Below, piece by piece: positions 21,904 to 32,337 of a stretch of 64,000 bases of DNA; the stretch's first letter is position 1, and each line of letters begins with the position of its first letter. The stretch spans positions 1,488,001 through 1,552,000 of the forward strand of contig OZ037836.1 in the NCBI GenBank assembly GCA_964035575.1. Direction: 5' to 3'. This DNA is from Rhynchopus sp. YZ270_cl-10. Lineage: Eukaryota. A program made the position numbers and the translations under genes. Under the pieces are notes generated by a model. That model searched no databases. It was not told the DNA's origin and saw only the letters and a list, made by a program, of their open reading frames with translations.

Positions 21904-24900
21904 ATGGAAGTGGGAGAGCGAACCAGCGGCTTCAGTGCACCTGGGACAAAAAACATCGGCTGCTTCGTTGCGCCTGAGAAAAAACAAAATCAAAATCAAA
22001 AACAAGAACAAAAACAACAACAACAACAACAACAACAACAAAGACAAAAACAATTTGGCAGCTTCGCGCCTGATAAAAGACAAAGACAAAAAGGTCAACA
22101 ATTCGGCAGCTTTGCGCCCAAACAACAAGGCAGCTTTGCGCCCAAAAGAGAACAACAAGAAGGCAGCTTTGCGCCAAAACAAGAACAACAAGGCAGCTTT
22201 GCGCCCAGACAGCCTACACGTTGGCCTGCACCAAGCGGAAGAAGAGCCGGCACCACTACGATGGGGCGTATGCCCTCCTCCAAATCTGTCTCCACCACCT
22301 TCCCCAACGACAAGATTCGCATCGCGGCTACCACGAGCGAAAGGAGGTCCCCGCAATTTGGTCGACCACAACTTTTTCTCCATCAGGGATGGAAAGGCCC
22401 TGGGGAGGGCGATGCACGAGAGGATTCCGTGGGACGAACTGCACCTGCACGCGACTGCCCCAACGACCCAAGGAGAGGTGCAACGAGTGTGGAGCGATTT
22501 CCTGAGGGGCTGCGCAACTGCTCCTCATCTGAGCAAGGAAGTGCATCTTCTGCAGTTCGCGCACCGCAGGCTACGTACGGCGGCCCCCCGCTCCGTAGTA
22601 GGCTACATGTGCAAGATCCTGCGAGAGTGCAAGCGGCGAGGGATCAGAGGGGTCGCAACGGTCCGTGTATTGGGGGCAAAGAAGGCGCTCAGAAGACTAT
22701 CTGCGGCGGTACGTCCGAGACAGGCGCCACCTCTTCCTCCCTCCGATGTCATCACCGGCGTGAACAAGCTTGTCAAGGCCGGAGACCAACATGCCGCCGC
22801 TTTAGCTGCGATGTCCTACATGACGAGGTCCCGCGTCCCAGACCTACGTTTTCTGAACAAATCGGATTGGCGCGAGATTCATTGTGCAGGGGAGTCGCCG
22901 ATCAAGGTAGGAGCAGAACTATTTGCGAAGGAGAAGGGCGTCCTGGTGGCTCGCCCCCCCATCTATCTTCCTCCGGGTCCTCTAACAGCAATCGCGGTGT
23001 CTTTTTGGAGAACTGTGCAACACCACAACACCGTGATGGGGGGCAACACACGAGAGTTCGAGTCGCTGATGGAGCGCATTCGCAAGGTCATGCCAAAGGG
23101 GACGTGGATGCACTCATTCAAGAGAGGAGCGGCGCAAGCGATTCAACTGCAGGGGGCATCAAACGAAAGAATGCGTCTACTCCTGCGACACAGCAACGTG
23201 GGGCAGACAGCGGCATACCTGAACGCGACGAACGTATCTGCACGGATGAGGGAGACGGAGGAGCTGAAGACCCTGCAGTTGCTGCACTGATCAACGGGGC
23301 GAAATATCCCCTACCAGTCTGCGACGAGGGGATAGAGGTGCCTGACCCCGACTACTTCCCCGTGGGGCTCTGCAAGCCCCCCCCCATCATAAAGAAAAGC
23401 CTTGATTCTTTCCCCACGGGCCTAATCGTGTTGGAGGCCGTGCGCAGGATGGCTGAGGAGGTAGGGAAGGACTCTGATTTCCTGCAGTGGTGTACTTCCG
23501 GACGTAAGATTGCAGATGCTTTATCTGGACCGATCCCGCTCCCTGGCCCGAAGTCAAAAATCCCAAATTCTTTTGTGTCGGAGTGCGTGAAGTCGAAGGT
23601 ATTGATTCCTCTTGCTCGGACTGACCGCAAGAAGGGCGCAGTTTGCGTTTTTGACGTCCCGAAGAGTGACCCGCAACTGCGGAGGCTAGTGGTGGATGGA
23701 CGTCCTGTTAACAAAAGGATCGCCAAGCCACAGCCTTTCTCCCTGGTCAACCCCCACAAGCTTGCAACAATGCTTAAGGTGTCAAACGCACGCTTTGCTC
23801 AACAGACCGACCTAAAGGGGTATTTCCACCAGTTCCCCCTCTCACCCGAGGTGTCCAAATATTTTTGTGTGCAGGCTGGGGGACGTTGGTTTAGATGGGC
23901 GCGTCTACCCATGGGTTTTGCGTACGCGCCGTACATCGCGCAGAACACTTCTGAGATTTTTCTTGGCCCCATTCTGAACAAATGGGGTGTTGTGTACCTT
24001 GACGACATTTTTGTGTGGGGTGCATATCCTGCTGAGGCGGCGGCTAAGACGGCTTTTGTGCGTGACCGTCTGCAGCGTGCGGGTGCGGAGGTAAACGTGA
24101 AGAAGTCCATGGCTAAACCGGCTGAAGTCGTTGACTTCATCGGCATAGTGTGGAACCTTCCGTTGCAATCTTTTTCGTTACCAGAGGAGTGGAGGTTAAA
24201 GTCATCACGCATCATTCATGACACCCTGAAGCTGGAGACCTGTTCCCTACGAAAATGGTGGAAGGTATGCGGACTTGTGTTCAGAGCCGCGTACGTCCTG
24301 GATTTCAAGCTATGTTTTCTTTGCCACACTTTGCAGTTCGTGCGCAGTAAAGCACAACTCGTCTCCCGCAAGAAGCTGTCATGGGATGACGACGTGGCCA
24401 TGCACGTTGCGACGAAGGAGGAGTTGGCAGCTTTCGCTGTGGCGAACATTCAGACTTGTGTGACGGTTCCCTTCCCCTCTCCGCCCCCGATACATTTCTC
24501 CATCGCAGTATGGACCGACGCGTCCACGACAGGCTGGGGCTGGGTGTCGAAGCTGCAGAACTCTTTTTCTGGCGTCGAAAGGCACGGACGGTGGGAATCG
24601 ACGCACACCTCTGGAGAGATGTTTGTGTTGGAGCTGCGTGCGGCTGAGAAGGGCATGGCAGCAGCTTTGGAGGGCGGCCACACAGCTATCGTTCTTTTCG
24701 TGGACAACGAGGCGGTGAAGTATGTCCTCAGGAGAGGCCACTCCCGCACCCGCCTGGGCAACTCCATTCTGAGGAGGATGAGCACGCGACTCTCCGCAGC
24801 GAAGGCACACCTTCACATCAGGTGGATTAAGACCGACGAGATGCCCGCCGACTGGGGGTCCCGACAGAAGCTGGCAGGTCAGGGCGTGAGTTTGAGTCCC

Positions 24901-24966
24901 AACAGGTTTGGTCACGTCGTGGAGGAGGCGTCGGGGATGAGAGTGTCTGACGATGTCCTGCAGTAG
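21904..24966 (+). CDS. Reverse transcriptase-RNase H (frame open from 21721; true start uncertain)
   Basis: TDLKGYFHQF, RLPMGFAYAP, VYLDDIF, DFIGIVW; DIRS-type RNase H WTDAS...LELRA...FVDNEAV...MPADWGSR. Confidence 0.93.
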   Translation: MEVGERTSGFSAPGTKNIGCFVAPEKKQNQNQKQEQKQQQQQQQQQRQKQFGSFAPDKRQRQKGQQFGSFAPKQQGSFAPKREQQEGSFAPKQEQQGSFAPRQPTRWPAPSGRRAGTTTMGRMPSSKSVSTTFPNDKIRIAATTSERRSPQFGRPQLFLHQGWKGPGEGDAREDSVGRTAPARDCPNDPRRGATSVERFPEGLRNCSSSEQGSASSAVRAPQATYGGPPLRSRLHVQDPARVQAARDQRGRNGPCIGGKEGAQKTICGGTSETGATSSSLRCHHRREQACQGRRPTCRRFSCDVLHDEVPRPRPTFSEQIGLARDSLCRGVADQGRSRTICEGEGRPGGSPPHLSSSGSSNSNRGVFLENCATPQHRDGGQHTRVRVADGAHSQGHAKGDVDALIQERSGASDSTAGGIKRKNASTPATQQRGADSGIPERDERICTDEGDGGAEDPAVAALINGAKYPLPVCDEGIEVPDPDYFPVGLCKPPPIIKKSLDSFPTGLIVLEAVRRMAEEVGKDSDFLQWCTSGRKIADALSGPIPLPGPKSKIPNSFVSECVKSKVLIPLARTDRKKGAVCVFDVPKSDPQLRRLVVDGRPVNKRIAKPQPFSLVNPHKLATMLKVSNARFAQQTDLKGYFHQFPLSPEVSKYFCVQAGGRWFRWARLPMGFAYAPYIAQNTSEIFLGPILNKWGVVYLDDIFVWGAYPAEAAAKTAFVRDRLQRAGAEVNVKKSMAKPAEVVDFIGIVWNLPLQSFSLPEEWRLKSSRIIHDTLKLETCSLRKWWKVCGLVFRAAYVLDFKLCFLCHTLQFVRSKAQLVSRKKLSWDDDVAMHVATKEELAAFAVANIQTCVTVPFPSPPPIHFSIAVWTDASTTGWGWVSKLQNSFSGVERHGRWESTHTSGEMFVLELRAAEKGMAAALEGGHTAIVLFVDNEAVKYVLRRGHSRTRLGNSILRRMSTRLSAAKAHLHIRWIKTDEMPADWGSRQKLAGQGVSLSPNRFGHVVEEASGMRVSDDVLQ
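21935..23290 (+). CDS. Tyrosine recombinase (first in-frame ATG at 22412)
   Basis: Catalytic motifs SRVPDL (R), HSFKRG (HxxR), LLRH, TAAYL (Y). Confidence 0.9.
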   Translation: MHLGQKTSAASLRLRKNKIKIKNKNKNNNNNNNNNKDKNNLAASRLIKDKDKKVNNSAALRPNNKAALRPKENNKKAALRQNKNNKAALRPDSLHVGLHQAEEEPAPLRWGVCPPPNLSPPPSPTTRFASRLPRAKGGPRNLVDHNFFSIRDGKALGRAMHERIPWDELHLHATAPTTQGEVQRVWSDFLRGCATAPHLSKEVHLLQFAHRRLRTAAPRSVVGYMCKILRECKRRGIRGVATVRVLGAKKALRRLSAAVRPRQAPPLPPSDVITGVNKLVKAGDQHAAALAAMSYMTRSRVPDLRFLNKSDWREIHCAGESPIKVGAELFAKEKGVLVARPPIYLPPGPLTAIAVSFWRTVQHHNTVMGGNTREFESLMERIRKVMPKGTWMHSFKRGAAQAIQLQGASNERMRLLLRHSNVGQTAAYLNATNVSARMRETEELKTLQLLH

Positions 24967-26564
24967 ATGTTTTTTCTATTTTCTAGGGTGTGGCTTTGTT
25001 TTTTCTGGTCGTCGGAGTGCGAATGGTCGAGTCAAGGTTGTTGTTTTTGATGTTTCGTGCGTGTGTTTCGCGTGGGGCTGTTTTTTACCTACGTTACGTT
25101 TTTTCGTGCCATATTTTTTGTGTTCGGAGTTGTTTTCTGTCATGAGACAGTATTGGAGATTATGCTTCTCACGTGGAGAACGCTACCTCAGTGTGGCGTC
25201 AAAGTTGGGCACAGGTCAGGGCACGAGCGACGGGTGTTTCCCCAGTCTCGCCCTCATGACCACATACCTCGCTGCCGTTTTTTCGGCGCTATTAACCAAA
25301 AAAGACCTTTCCCCCCATATTTTATCCTAAAGAGACCCCCATACTGTAAACTTGTTTAAGTAGCTTTGCTACGCCAGGGGGGTCTCTAGGATAAAATATG
25401 TCGCGAATAAGAAAGTCTTTTCCCCCTCCCCCTTTTTCGCTATGGATATATTTTTTTTGCGCGTACCATTTCTCTATTGCTACGTGCCCTTTTGTTGTTA
25501 TTGCTTACCACTTGCTTCGGCAAGGTTGGTTGAGGACGTTACGGGGAAATCTCACCACCACCTTCATCAGTATTTTGTGTTGTGTTTCCCCAGTCTCGCC
25601 CTCATGACCACATACCTCGCTGCCGTTTTTTCGGCGCTATTAACCAAAAAAGACCTTTCCCCCCATATTTTATCCTAAAGAGACCCCCCCACCTCAGGGA
25701 GACACAAACACACATACTCTTTCCACCCCCCCCTCTCACACACTCTATCCCCTCCCCTCACCTCTCACCTCACACCCTCCCCACCTCAGGGAGACACAAA
25801 CACACATACTCTTTCCACCCCCCCCTCTCACACACTCTATCCCCTCCCCTCCCCTCTCACCTCACACCCTCCCCACCTCAGGGAGACACAAACACACATA
25901 CTCTTTCCACCCCCCCCTCTCACACACTCTATCCCCTCCCCTCACCTCTCACCTCACACCCTCCCCACCTCAGGGAGACACAAACACACATACTCTTTCC
26001 ACCCCCCCCTCTCACACACTCTATTCCCTCCCCTCCCCTCTCACCTCACACCCTCCCCACCTCAGGGAGACACAAACACACATACTCTTTCCACCCCCCC
26101 CTCTCACACACTCTATCCCCTCCCCTCCCCTCTCACCTCACACCCTCCCCACCTCAGGGAGACACAAACACACATACTCTTTCCACCCCCCCCTCTCACA
26201 CACTCTATCCCCTCCCCTCCCCTCTCACCTCACACCCTCCCCACCTCAGGGAGACACAAACACACATACTCTTTCCACCCCCCCCCTCTCACACACTCTA
26301 TCCCCTCCCCTCACCTCTCACCTCACACCCTCCCCACCTCAGGGAGACACAAACACACATACTCTTTCCACCCCCCCCTCTCACACACTCTATTCCCTCC
26401 CCTCCCCTCTCACCTCACACCCTCCCCACCTCAGGGAGACACAAACACACATACTCTTTCCACCCCCCCCTCTCACACACTCTATCCCCTCCCCTCCCCT
26501 CTCACCTCACACCCTCCCCACCTCAGGGAGACACAAACACACATACTCTTTCCACCCCCCCCCC

Positions 26565-27653
26565 CAGTGATGCAGGAATCCAGGGTCCCAAACAAAAAAA
26601 CCCATAAAAACCCAAAAAAACCCAAAAAAACCTTAAAAAATCCCACCGCACTATATTTTGCTTTTGGGGCGTGGAGTGTGATTTTTTTTGCTCAAAACAT
26701 CGCAAATATGAATTTTCGGAGCGATCTGAAAAAAATGCGGGGTCGGACATTTTTTTTGGTGGAGTTTAAGCCACCTAAAATTGACTTCTAAGTCAGACGT
26801 TCTATACGGTTTCTGAACAATTTTAGTGCCGTGAGTTTACGTGTATAAACCTTCTGTTACGTGTGCACCTACAGCTACAACAGGCGTTTTCACCTGGAGT
26901 TTCACCTCTTTTGGTGGGTTTTTTGAGTCCATACCCAGGTATGTGGGGTGGGAAACGCGATTCCGGTGTAAGAACCATGGGTGGTTCCACTGCAGTACCA
27001 CGTAACCCACGTTTAAATCCCAAAAAACCCCGGTGACACCATCTTCTCGGTGAGCAATGAGTGTTACCCGCGCGTGCTCCTTTCGTCACGCAAACCAAAA
27101 AGCGGTGCAATGTTGTGAATTTTTGAAGATTTTGTGTGTTTTCCTGATTTTCGTACATTTTGTTGCGTTTTGGGTTATGATATTGTAGATTTTTGTGTAG
27201 ATTTCGTGGGTTTTTTCGTTTTTTTTTGTTGTAAATTTGGGCGACCGCCTGGCTGGTGCCTGTATGAAGTGGTTTTTCAGGTCAAAAATGGCCTGAAAAA
27301 GTGGTGTTTTCGGGGTCTGGTACCTGTGTGTGACCATACTACAGGTGGTATGATGAGTGATCTGACCATATTCTCCAGGTATAACAAACACCTAAAAAAC
27401 CAATTGGCGAAGGAATTTTACACTTTTGACCACCACACATTACATGTTTACCAAGGCATTTTTTCCATGCACTTGTGTGTGCTGGGAAGCATACCGCCAG
27501 TGTTAAAAATTCACGAATACCCTACCAAAAACCAGAAAGTCAAAAAACCCATAAAAACCCGAGAAAACTGGTTTTGAAAAAACCCGAAAAAACCCAAAAA
27601 AACCCATAAAAACCCGCATAAAAACCCATCGAAAAACCCACCTTGCATCACTG
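26565..27653. mobile_element. Non-autonomous hAT-like element within the satellite
   Basis: TIR CAGTGATGCA.../...TGCATCACTG, flanked by C8 on both sides; AAAAACCC subterminal repeats. Confidence 0.8.
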
Positions 27654-28168
27654 CCCCCCCCTCTCACACACTCTATCCCCTCCCCTCACCTCTCACCTCA
27701 CACCCTCCCCACCTCAGGGAGACACAAACACACATACTCTTTCCACCCCCCCCCCCCCTCTCACACACTCTATCCCCTCCCCTCCCCTCTCACCTCACAC
27801 CCTCCCCACCTCAGGGAGACACAAACACACATACTCTTTCCACCCCCCCCCTCTCACACACTCTATCCCCTCCCCTCCCCTCTCACCTCACACCCTCCCC
27901 ACCTCAGGGAGACACAAACACACATACTCTTTCCACCCCCCCCTCTCACACACTCTATCCCCTCCCCTCCCCTCTCACCTCACACCCTCCCCACCTCAGG
28001 GAGACACAAACACACATACTCTTTCCACCCCCCCCCTCTCACACACTCTATCCCCTCCCCTCACCTCTCACCTCACACCCTCCCCACCTCAGGGAGACAC
28101 AAACACACATACTCTTTCCACCCCCCCCCTCTCACACACTCTATCCCCTACCCCCCACCCATTACACA

Positions 28169-30544
28169 ATGCCGACTGTTGAGATACCTCATAACGCATA
28201 TGCAGGTGAGCCCTCGTCGCCACATAGCCAGAGCCCGGGGCTGTCTGAAGCCTCACCCCGTACAGAGAACAATGCCTCGCCGACGTCAAGCGCAAACTAC
28301 CTCTCGCCGAAGTCGTGTGCGATCATTGAAGGGTCAGCGGAGTGTGTCATCTGTTTAGAAGCCTTGTCGGACCCTGAGAGCGCGCCGTTATGCGTATTGA
28401 CGAAGTCGTCCGACCGTGTGTGCAAGCACTTTTTTCATATGCACTGCGCGCAACGCATCAAGTCTGTGGATGGAAAAGGATATGGCGAAAAGGTCCAGAC
28501 ATTCTACACAGACAGCGTCGTCAAAAGCTGCCCAAACTGCAGAGCCTGCTTCGACGGCGTCCGCGAAGTGCCCGACCCAAAACTGAAGCCTGCCGAATGG
28601 CTTTCCCTCATGGACTGCACAGGCACCGGACACCTCGGCAAAGAGGACCTGATCGACTGCCTGCTTGCAACCCTCCCCTTTGAGGTCAACACGCTTCTCG
28701 AGATGGTCGACCAAAACTGGCCAATCTGGGATGCCGACGGACTCGGGTACATCACAAAAGACGTTGCCCAGGCGATGATGGACGTCGTGAAGAAGAACTT
28801 CCCTCCCTTCCTCCCGGAGGACCCCACCGGCTGGTTCGACCACTGGGACGTCGACGGGACCGGCGCGCTTTCGAAACAACAGGTTGCATGCGCCATCGCG
28901 TCTACTCTAGCCTCAGAGGTAAACGAAGCGATGGACCTCCTCGACGGGCTATGGTGTCTCTTTGACAAGGCTGACCCCGATGTCATCACCAAGGCAAAGT
29001 TTTTGGAGCCCCGAGGCCTCTCCGACACACTCTGCGCATCGCTCGCTGAGGACCCTAGGTTCAAAACCCGCGTCAAGTCAGCGCTATCGCCTAAGTCGCG
29101 TAACGCACACTCGTTTGACCCTTGCGCTGCACCTCATGCGGATTTGGAGGAAGGCATGCGTGTTCGTGTCATGACCGTCATTGGCACGCCACGATACAAA
29201 TGGGGCCGGACGCGCCCGGGAGATATCGGGACCATCAAGCGCATCGACCGTGAGAAGAACACCTGCAGGATCGACTTCCCTAAGCAGCGCTCCTGGCGGG
29301 GCTACCTCCCGGAGCTGGAGAAGGTGCCGGACTATCTGGTATCGTACCGTCCTTGGCAGGCCGGCGACGAAGTTCAGGTCCTTTCCGACTTACAACGCGC
29401 CAAGAAACAACAGGATGACCGTTCCAACTGGGTGTCCTCAATGGACGCAACCTGCGGCAAGGTAGGAAAAATCTGTCTCGTCCTTCCGGCAGAGCGCAAA
29501 GTAAAAGTACGTCTTGAAAGGGGCACCTTTGTGTACGTCATGGAAAACGTTGTCCGTCCTGGGATGGTTGACCCACCAAAGCTCCGCGTCAGCATGAAGG
29601 TGCGTGTCAAGGCAGAGGTCGCTACTCCAAGGTTTCAATGGGGTAACGTCTCGCCGGGTGATGTCGGAACTGTTACTGCTTTGCACGACCCGAGTTTGAC
29701 CTGTCAAGTGTCGTTCCCTAGGCACCATAACTGGAAGGGGCATCAGTCTGAACTCGAAGTCGTCGCAGATGACACAACGGAGGCGCCAAACAGCACGACC
29801 CCAGGGAGCCCGGAGAGCAGCCCGCCTGCGTCTCCTTCTGCATCACCGAGGATTCGGGTTGGTGCGTACATTCGAGTGAAACCGAGCATCAAAACACCAA
29901 AATTCGCATGGGGCCGAGTGAGCACAGGAAACATCGGTGTGCTAACCGCAGTTGAGCGTACCAAAGAGCTGGTGACAGTCGACTTTCCTTCGCAAAGGAA
30001 TTGGATTGGTTATCTTCACGAGATGGAGACAGTTCGTGTGCGTCATCCAACGCAACAGTGGGGTTGCCCTGCATGCACCTTCTTAAACGAGCCCGATGCT
30101 GTAGCGTGCGATATGTGCGATGGCCCTCCGCCACTGAACGAAACCGAAGCTGCCGCGCAGGGAGTACAGCACAACCTTTCGAGTTCGCAGATCCTGCATG
30201 ACGCAGCGGCAAGCAATGCGGTAGTGTCAGATGCTTCGGGATCCGGCCCGTCGACGCTGTCGCCAAGCAGCATCTTCCACCTGGCAGAGAGGGGCGGGAA
30301 TGCGAATGTGAACGGCACGCCAGGGGGTGTGGTGCAGGCGTCGTCATCGTCGTCATCATCGTCGTCGTCATCGGCTTCGCTGCCTGCTCCCATAGCGGTG
30401 TCCTCACCGTCAAACGGAACGGTGTCCTCACGGCGTGTGAGGTTGCCCCCGCCCACAAGGGAGGGAGGAGGAGGAGGTGGGGGTGCAAGTGCTGACCCCC
30501 AAGGTACTGTATCAAATGCATCACCAACAGCAGAGGGTGCATGA
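28169..30544 (+). CDS. Putative E3 ubiquitin ligase: RING + EF-hand-like motifs + HERC2/KEG-like and Mind-bomb-like SH3 repeats + RanBP2/NZF zinc finger
   Basis: CVIC...CKHFFHMHC...CPNC; WDADGLGYI and WDVDGTGALS loops; three (V/I)RV...TP(R/K)(Y/F)xWG...G(D/N)(I/V)G...FP...WxG...E(L/M)E repeats; WGCPACTFLN...CDMC. Confidence 0.85.
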   Translation: MPTVEIPHNAYAGEPSSPHSQSPGLSEASPRTENNASPTSSANYLSPKSCAIIEGSAECVICLEALSDPESAPLCVLTKSSDRVCKHFFHMHCAQRIKSVDGKGYGEKVQTFYTDSVVKSCPNCRACFDGVREVPDPKLKPAEWLSLMDCTGTGHLGKEDLIDCLLATLPFEVNTLLEMVDQNWPIWDADGLGYITKDVAQAMMDVVKKNFPPFLPEDPTGWFDHWDVDGTGALSKQQVACAIASTLASEVNEAMDLLDGLWCLFDKADPDVITKAKFLEPRGLSDTLCASLAEDPRFKTRVKSALSPKSRNAHSFDPCAAPHADLEEGMRVRVMTVIGTPRYKWGRTRPGDIGTIKRIDREKNTCRIDFPKQRSWRGYLPELEKVPDYLVSYRPWQAGDEVQVLSDLQRAKKQQDDRSNWVSSMDATCGKVGKICLVLPAERKVKVRLERGTFVYVMENVVRPGMVDPPKLRVSMKVRVKAEVATPRFQWGNVSPGDVGTVTALHDPSLTCQVSFPRHHNWKGHQSELEVVADDTTEAPNSTTPGSPESSPPASPSASPRIRVGAYIRVKPSIKTPKFAWGRVSTGNIGVLTAVERTKELVTVDFPSQRNWIGYLHEMETVRVRHPTQQWGCPACTFLNEPDAVACDMCDGPPPLNETEAAAQGVQHNLSSSQILHDAAASNAVVSDASGSGPSTLSPSSIFHLAERGGNANVNGTPGGVVQASSSSSSSSSSSASLPAPIAVSSPSNGTVSSRRVRLPPPTREGGGGGGGASADPQGTVSNASPTAEGA

Positions 30545-31085
30545 TTTTAAGCATGATTTTTTAAAAAAGGATGTTTTTATTTTTAGAAAAAAATAAAGTG
30601 AAAGTGGAGATTGCACAACTGTGGGAAAGCACAACCCGAAGGCAAACTGCACTACTCCAACAAATTTAGCAGATTTTTTTTAAAAAGAAGACAGATGCTT
30701 AGGAGAATGGAGAATGGAATAATTATTTTCTTCTGTCAATGGTCAATGAGGGGCTGTGGGCATTGGGGTGGGGGTAGGGTAGGGGTATAGGAGGTTTAGT
30801 ACAACAGAAAAAAAAGTAAAACAAAAACACAAACAAAACAACCCGGTTTGAAAACTGGAGAGCAAAAAAAAAAGGGGGGATTTTTTTCTCCCCCTTGAGG
30901 GTTGGGGTGGTGGGCCCGTTCTTTCCTCTTCTTTCCCCTTCTTGATTTGTTTTATATACTATTATCTTTTTTTTTTTTTTTGTCTGTCGTCTCATAAAAT
31001 ATATTTAGAACGCCCAGGTAAATTTCTGGGGCGTTTCAAATATGATAACGGCAACAAAAAGGTGGGGGGAGGGGAGGGGAGGGGA

Positions 31086-31268
31086 CACGACGGGACCCAG
31101 TGACAAGTGAAAATGGCAAGTGAATGACAAGTGAAAAAGGTGACAAGTAAATCACAAGTGAAATAACAAGTAAATCACTTGTCATGACAAGTGACTTTTT
31201 TGAGTGACAAGTGACAAGTGAAATGACATGTGATTTCACTTGTCACTTTGTCACTGGGTCCCGTCGTG
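31086..31268. mobile_element. CACTA/CMC-like MITE
   Basis: 21-bp TIR CACGACGGGACCCAGTGACAA, 2-bp GA duplication, internal TGACAAGTGA repeats. Confidence 0.7.
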
Positions 31269-32337
31269 GAAGGGTTCTTGGGGGTTATGTGAGGAGGGGG
31301 TACAAGATTGATTCCTCAGATTTTTTTTTTTTGAGACAATTGCCTTGCAAAGGTTGTAGGGGAGGAAATGAAAACATATCTGAGTGTGCCCGAATTTTTA
31401 GAGTGTGAGCGAGGTAAACACGACACAACTTATCCACATAAAAGTTTTTGATTCGATAGATACGGTCGCCAATCACCCCTCCAACAGGGTAATTGTGCAA
31501 TCAGAGATTTATATACCATAGTAGAACTGAGGCTGAACCTCAGTTTTGAAAGAAAAAAAAAACTTTTGCAGATTTGGGAAAAAAGTTTTTTGCATTTTTT
31601 GGGGAACTGGGTTGCTGACCGCACCATGAAATCCCGTACCATACAGGCTGTACCCAATTTTTTTTTGCCTGCGGCGCCATTTTTCCTTTTTTGCTCCGCA
31701 AAAAAGGGTTCGTTGAGTGACTCTGTGGTGTAAAAGGCTAGATTTTTACACCGTACCCCAATTTTTTTTCGCCTGCGGCGCCATATTAGATTATTTTTTT
31801 TTGCTTCGCAAAAAAAATTGAGTCATGAGTCCTGATATGGGTGAAAAATTGCATCCGGGTGCCCTTTTGTGCACTCCTCCTGAAGGGGTGAAAGGTGTTG
31901 TGAATGCTACCTTGCGTGCTGGAGTCAGGCATAGTGCATGTGGGACCTGCTGGAGCCCTAGACAGTGAAGCCCCCTGGGCTAGTACAATGATGATACTTC
32001 AATCTGAAGTCCATTTCTTCAAAAAAGCCCCTCCGTGCCTGCAGCCCCCTCAGGAATAGCAACCTCACTTTTTTTGCACTTTTGGTAAGGAAAAAAATCG
32101 TATATAAATCCCTGACTGTGCAATCAACGGAAAAAAAACCTTGCCAGTGCTCTCAAGATTCATCCCTCTTTGGTTTTTTTGCGCAATGGAGGATGACTTT
32201 TACCCCCGTTTTTTGTTTTTTGTTTTTTGTTCTTTTTTCTTTTTTGAGGTACAGACCTATTCACATAAATTGTAATTTGTAATTTATAGGCCTTTTTGAA
32301 AAAGGGCATTTTTATTTTAAATAACAGTTTTTATATT

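Larger units (their letters stand above)
20491..25690 (+). mobile_element. Full-length tyrosine-recombinase retrotransposon (DIRS order; gag-YR-RT/RH as in VIPER/TATE; split direct repeats as in Ngaro/PAT)
   Basis: A1 20491-20764, internal ORFs, B1 25234-25339, A2 25340-25611, B2 25582-25690; no conventional TSD, C-run overlap with target. Confidence 0.92.
19347..28149. repeat. ~92-bp C-rich tandem satellite, interrupted by three insertions
   Basis: Unit CCCCACCTCAGGGAGACACAAACACACATACTCTTTCCAC(C)nTCTCACACACTCTATCCCCTCCCCTC...CACACCCT; ends ~20 bp before the ATG at 28169. Confidence 0.95.

Noticed and set aside
25582..26607. 341-aa Pro/His-rich ORF (also 27643-28182)
   Set aside because: Translation of the satellite
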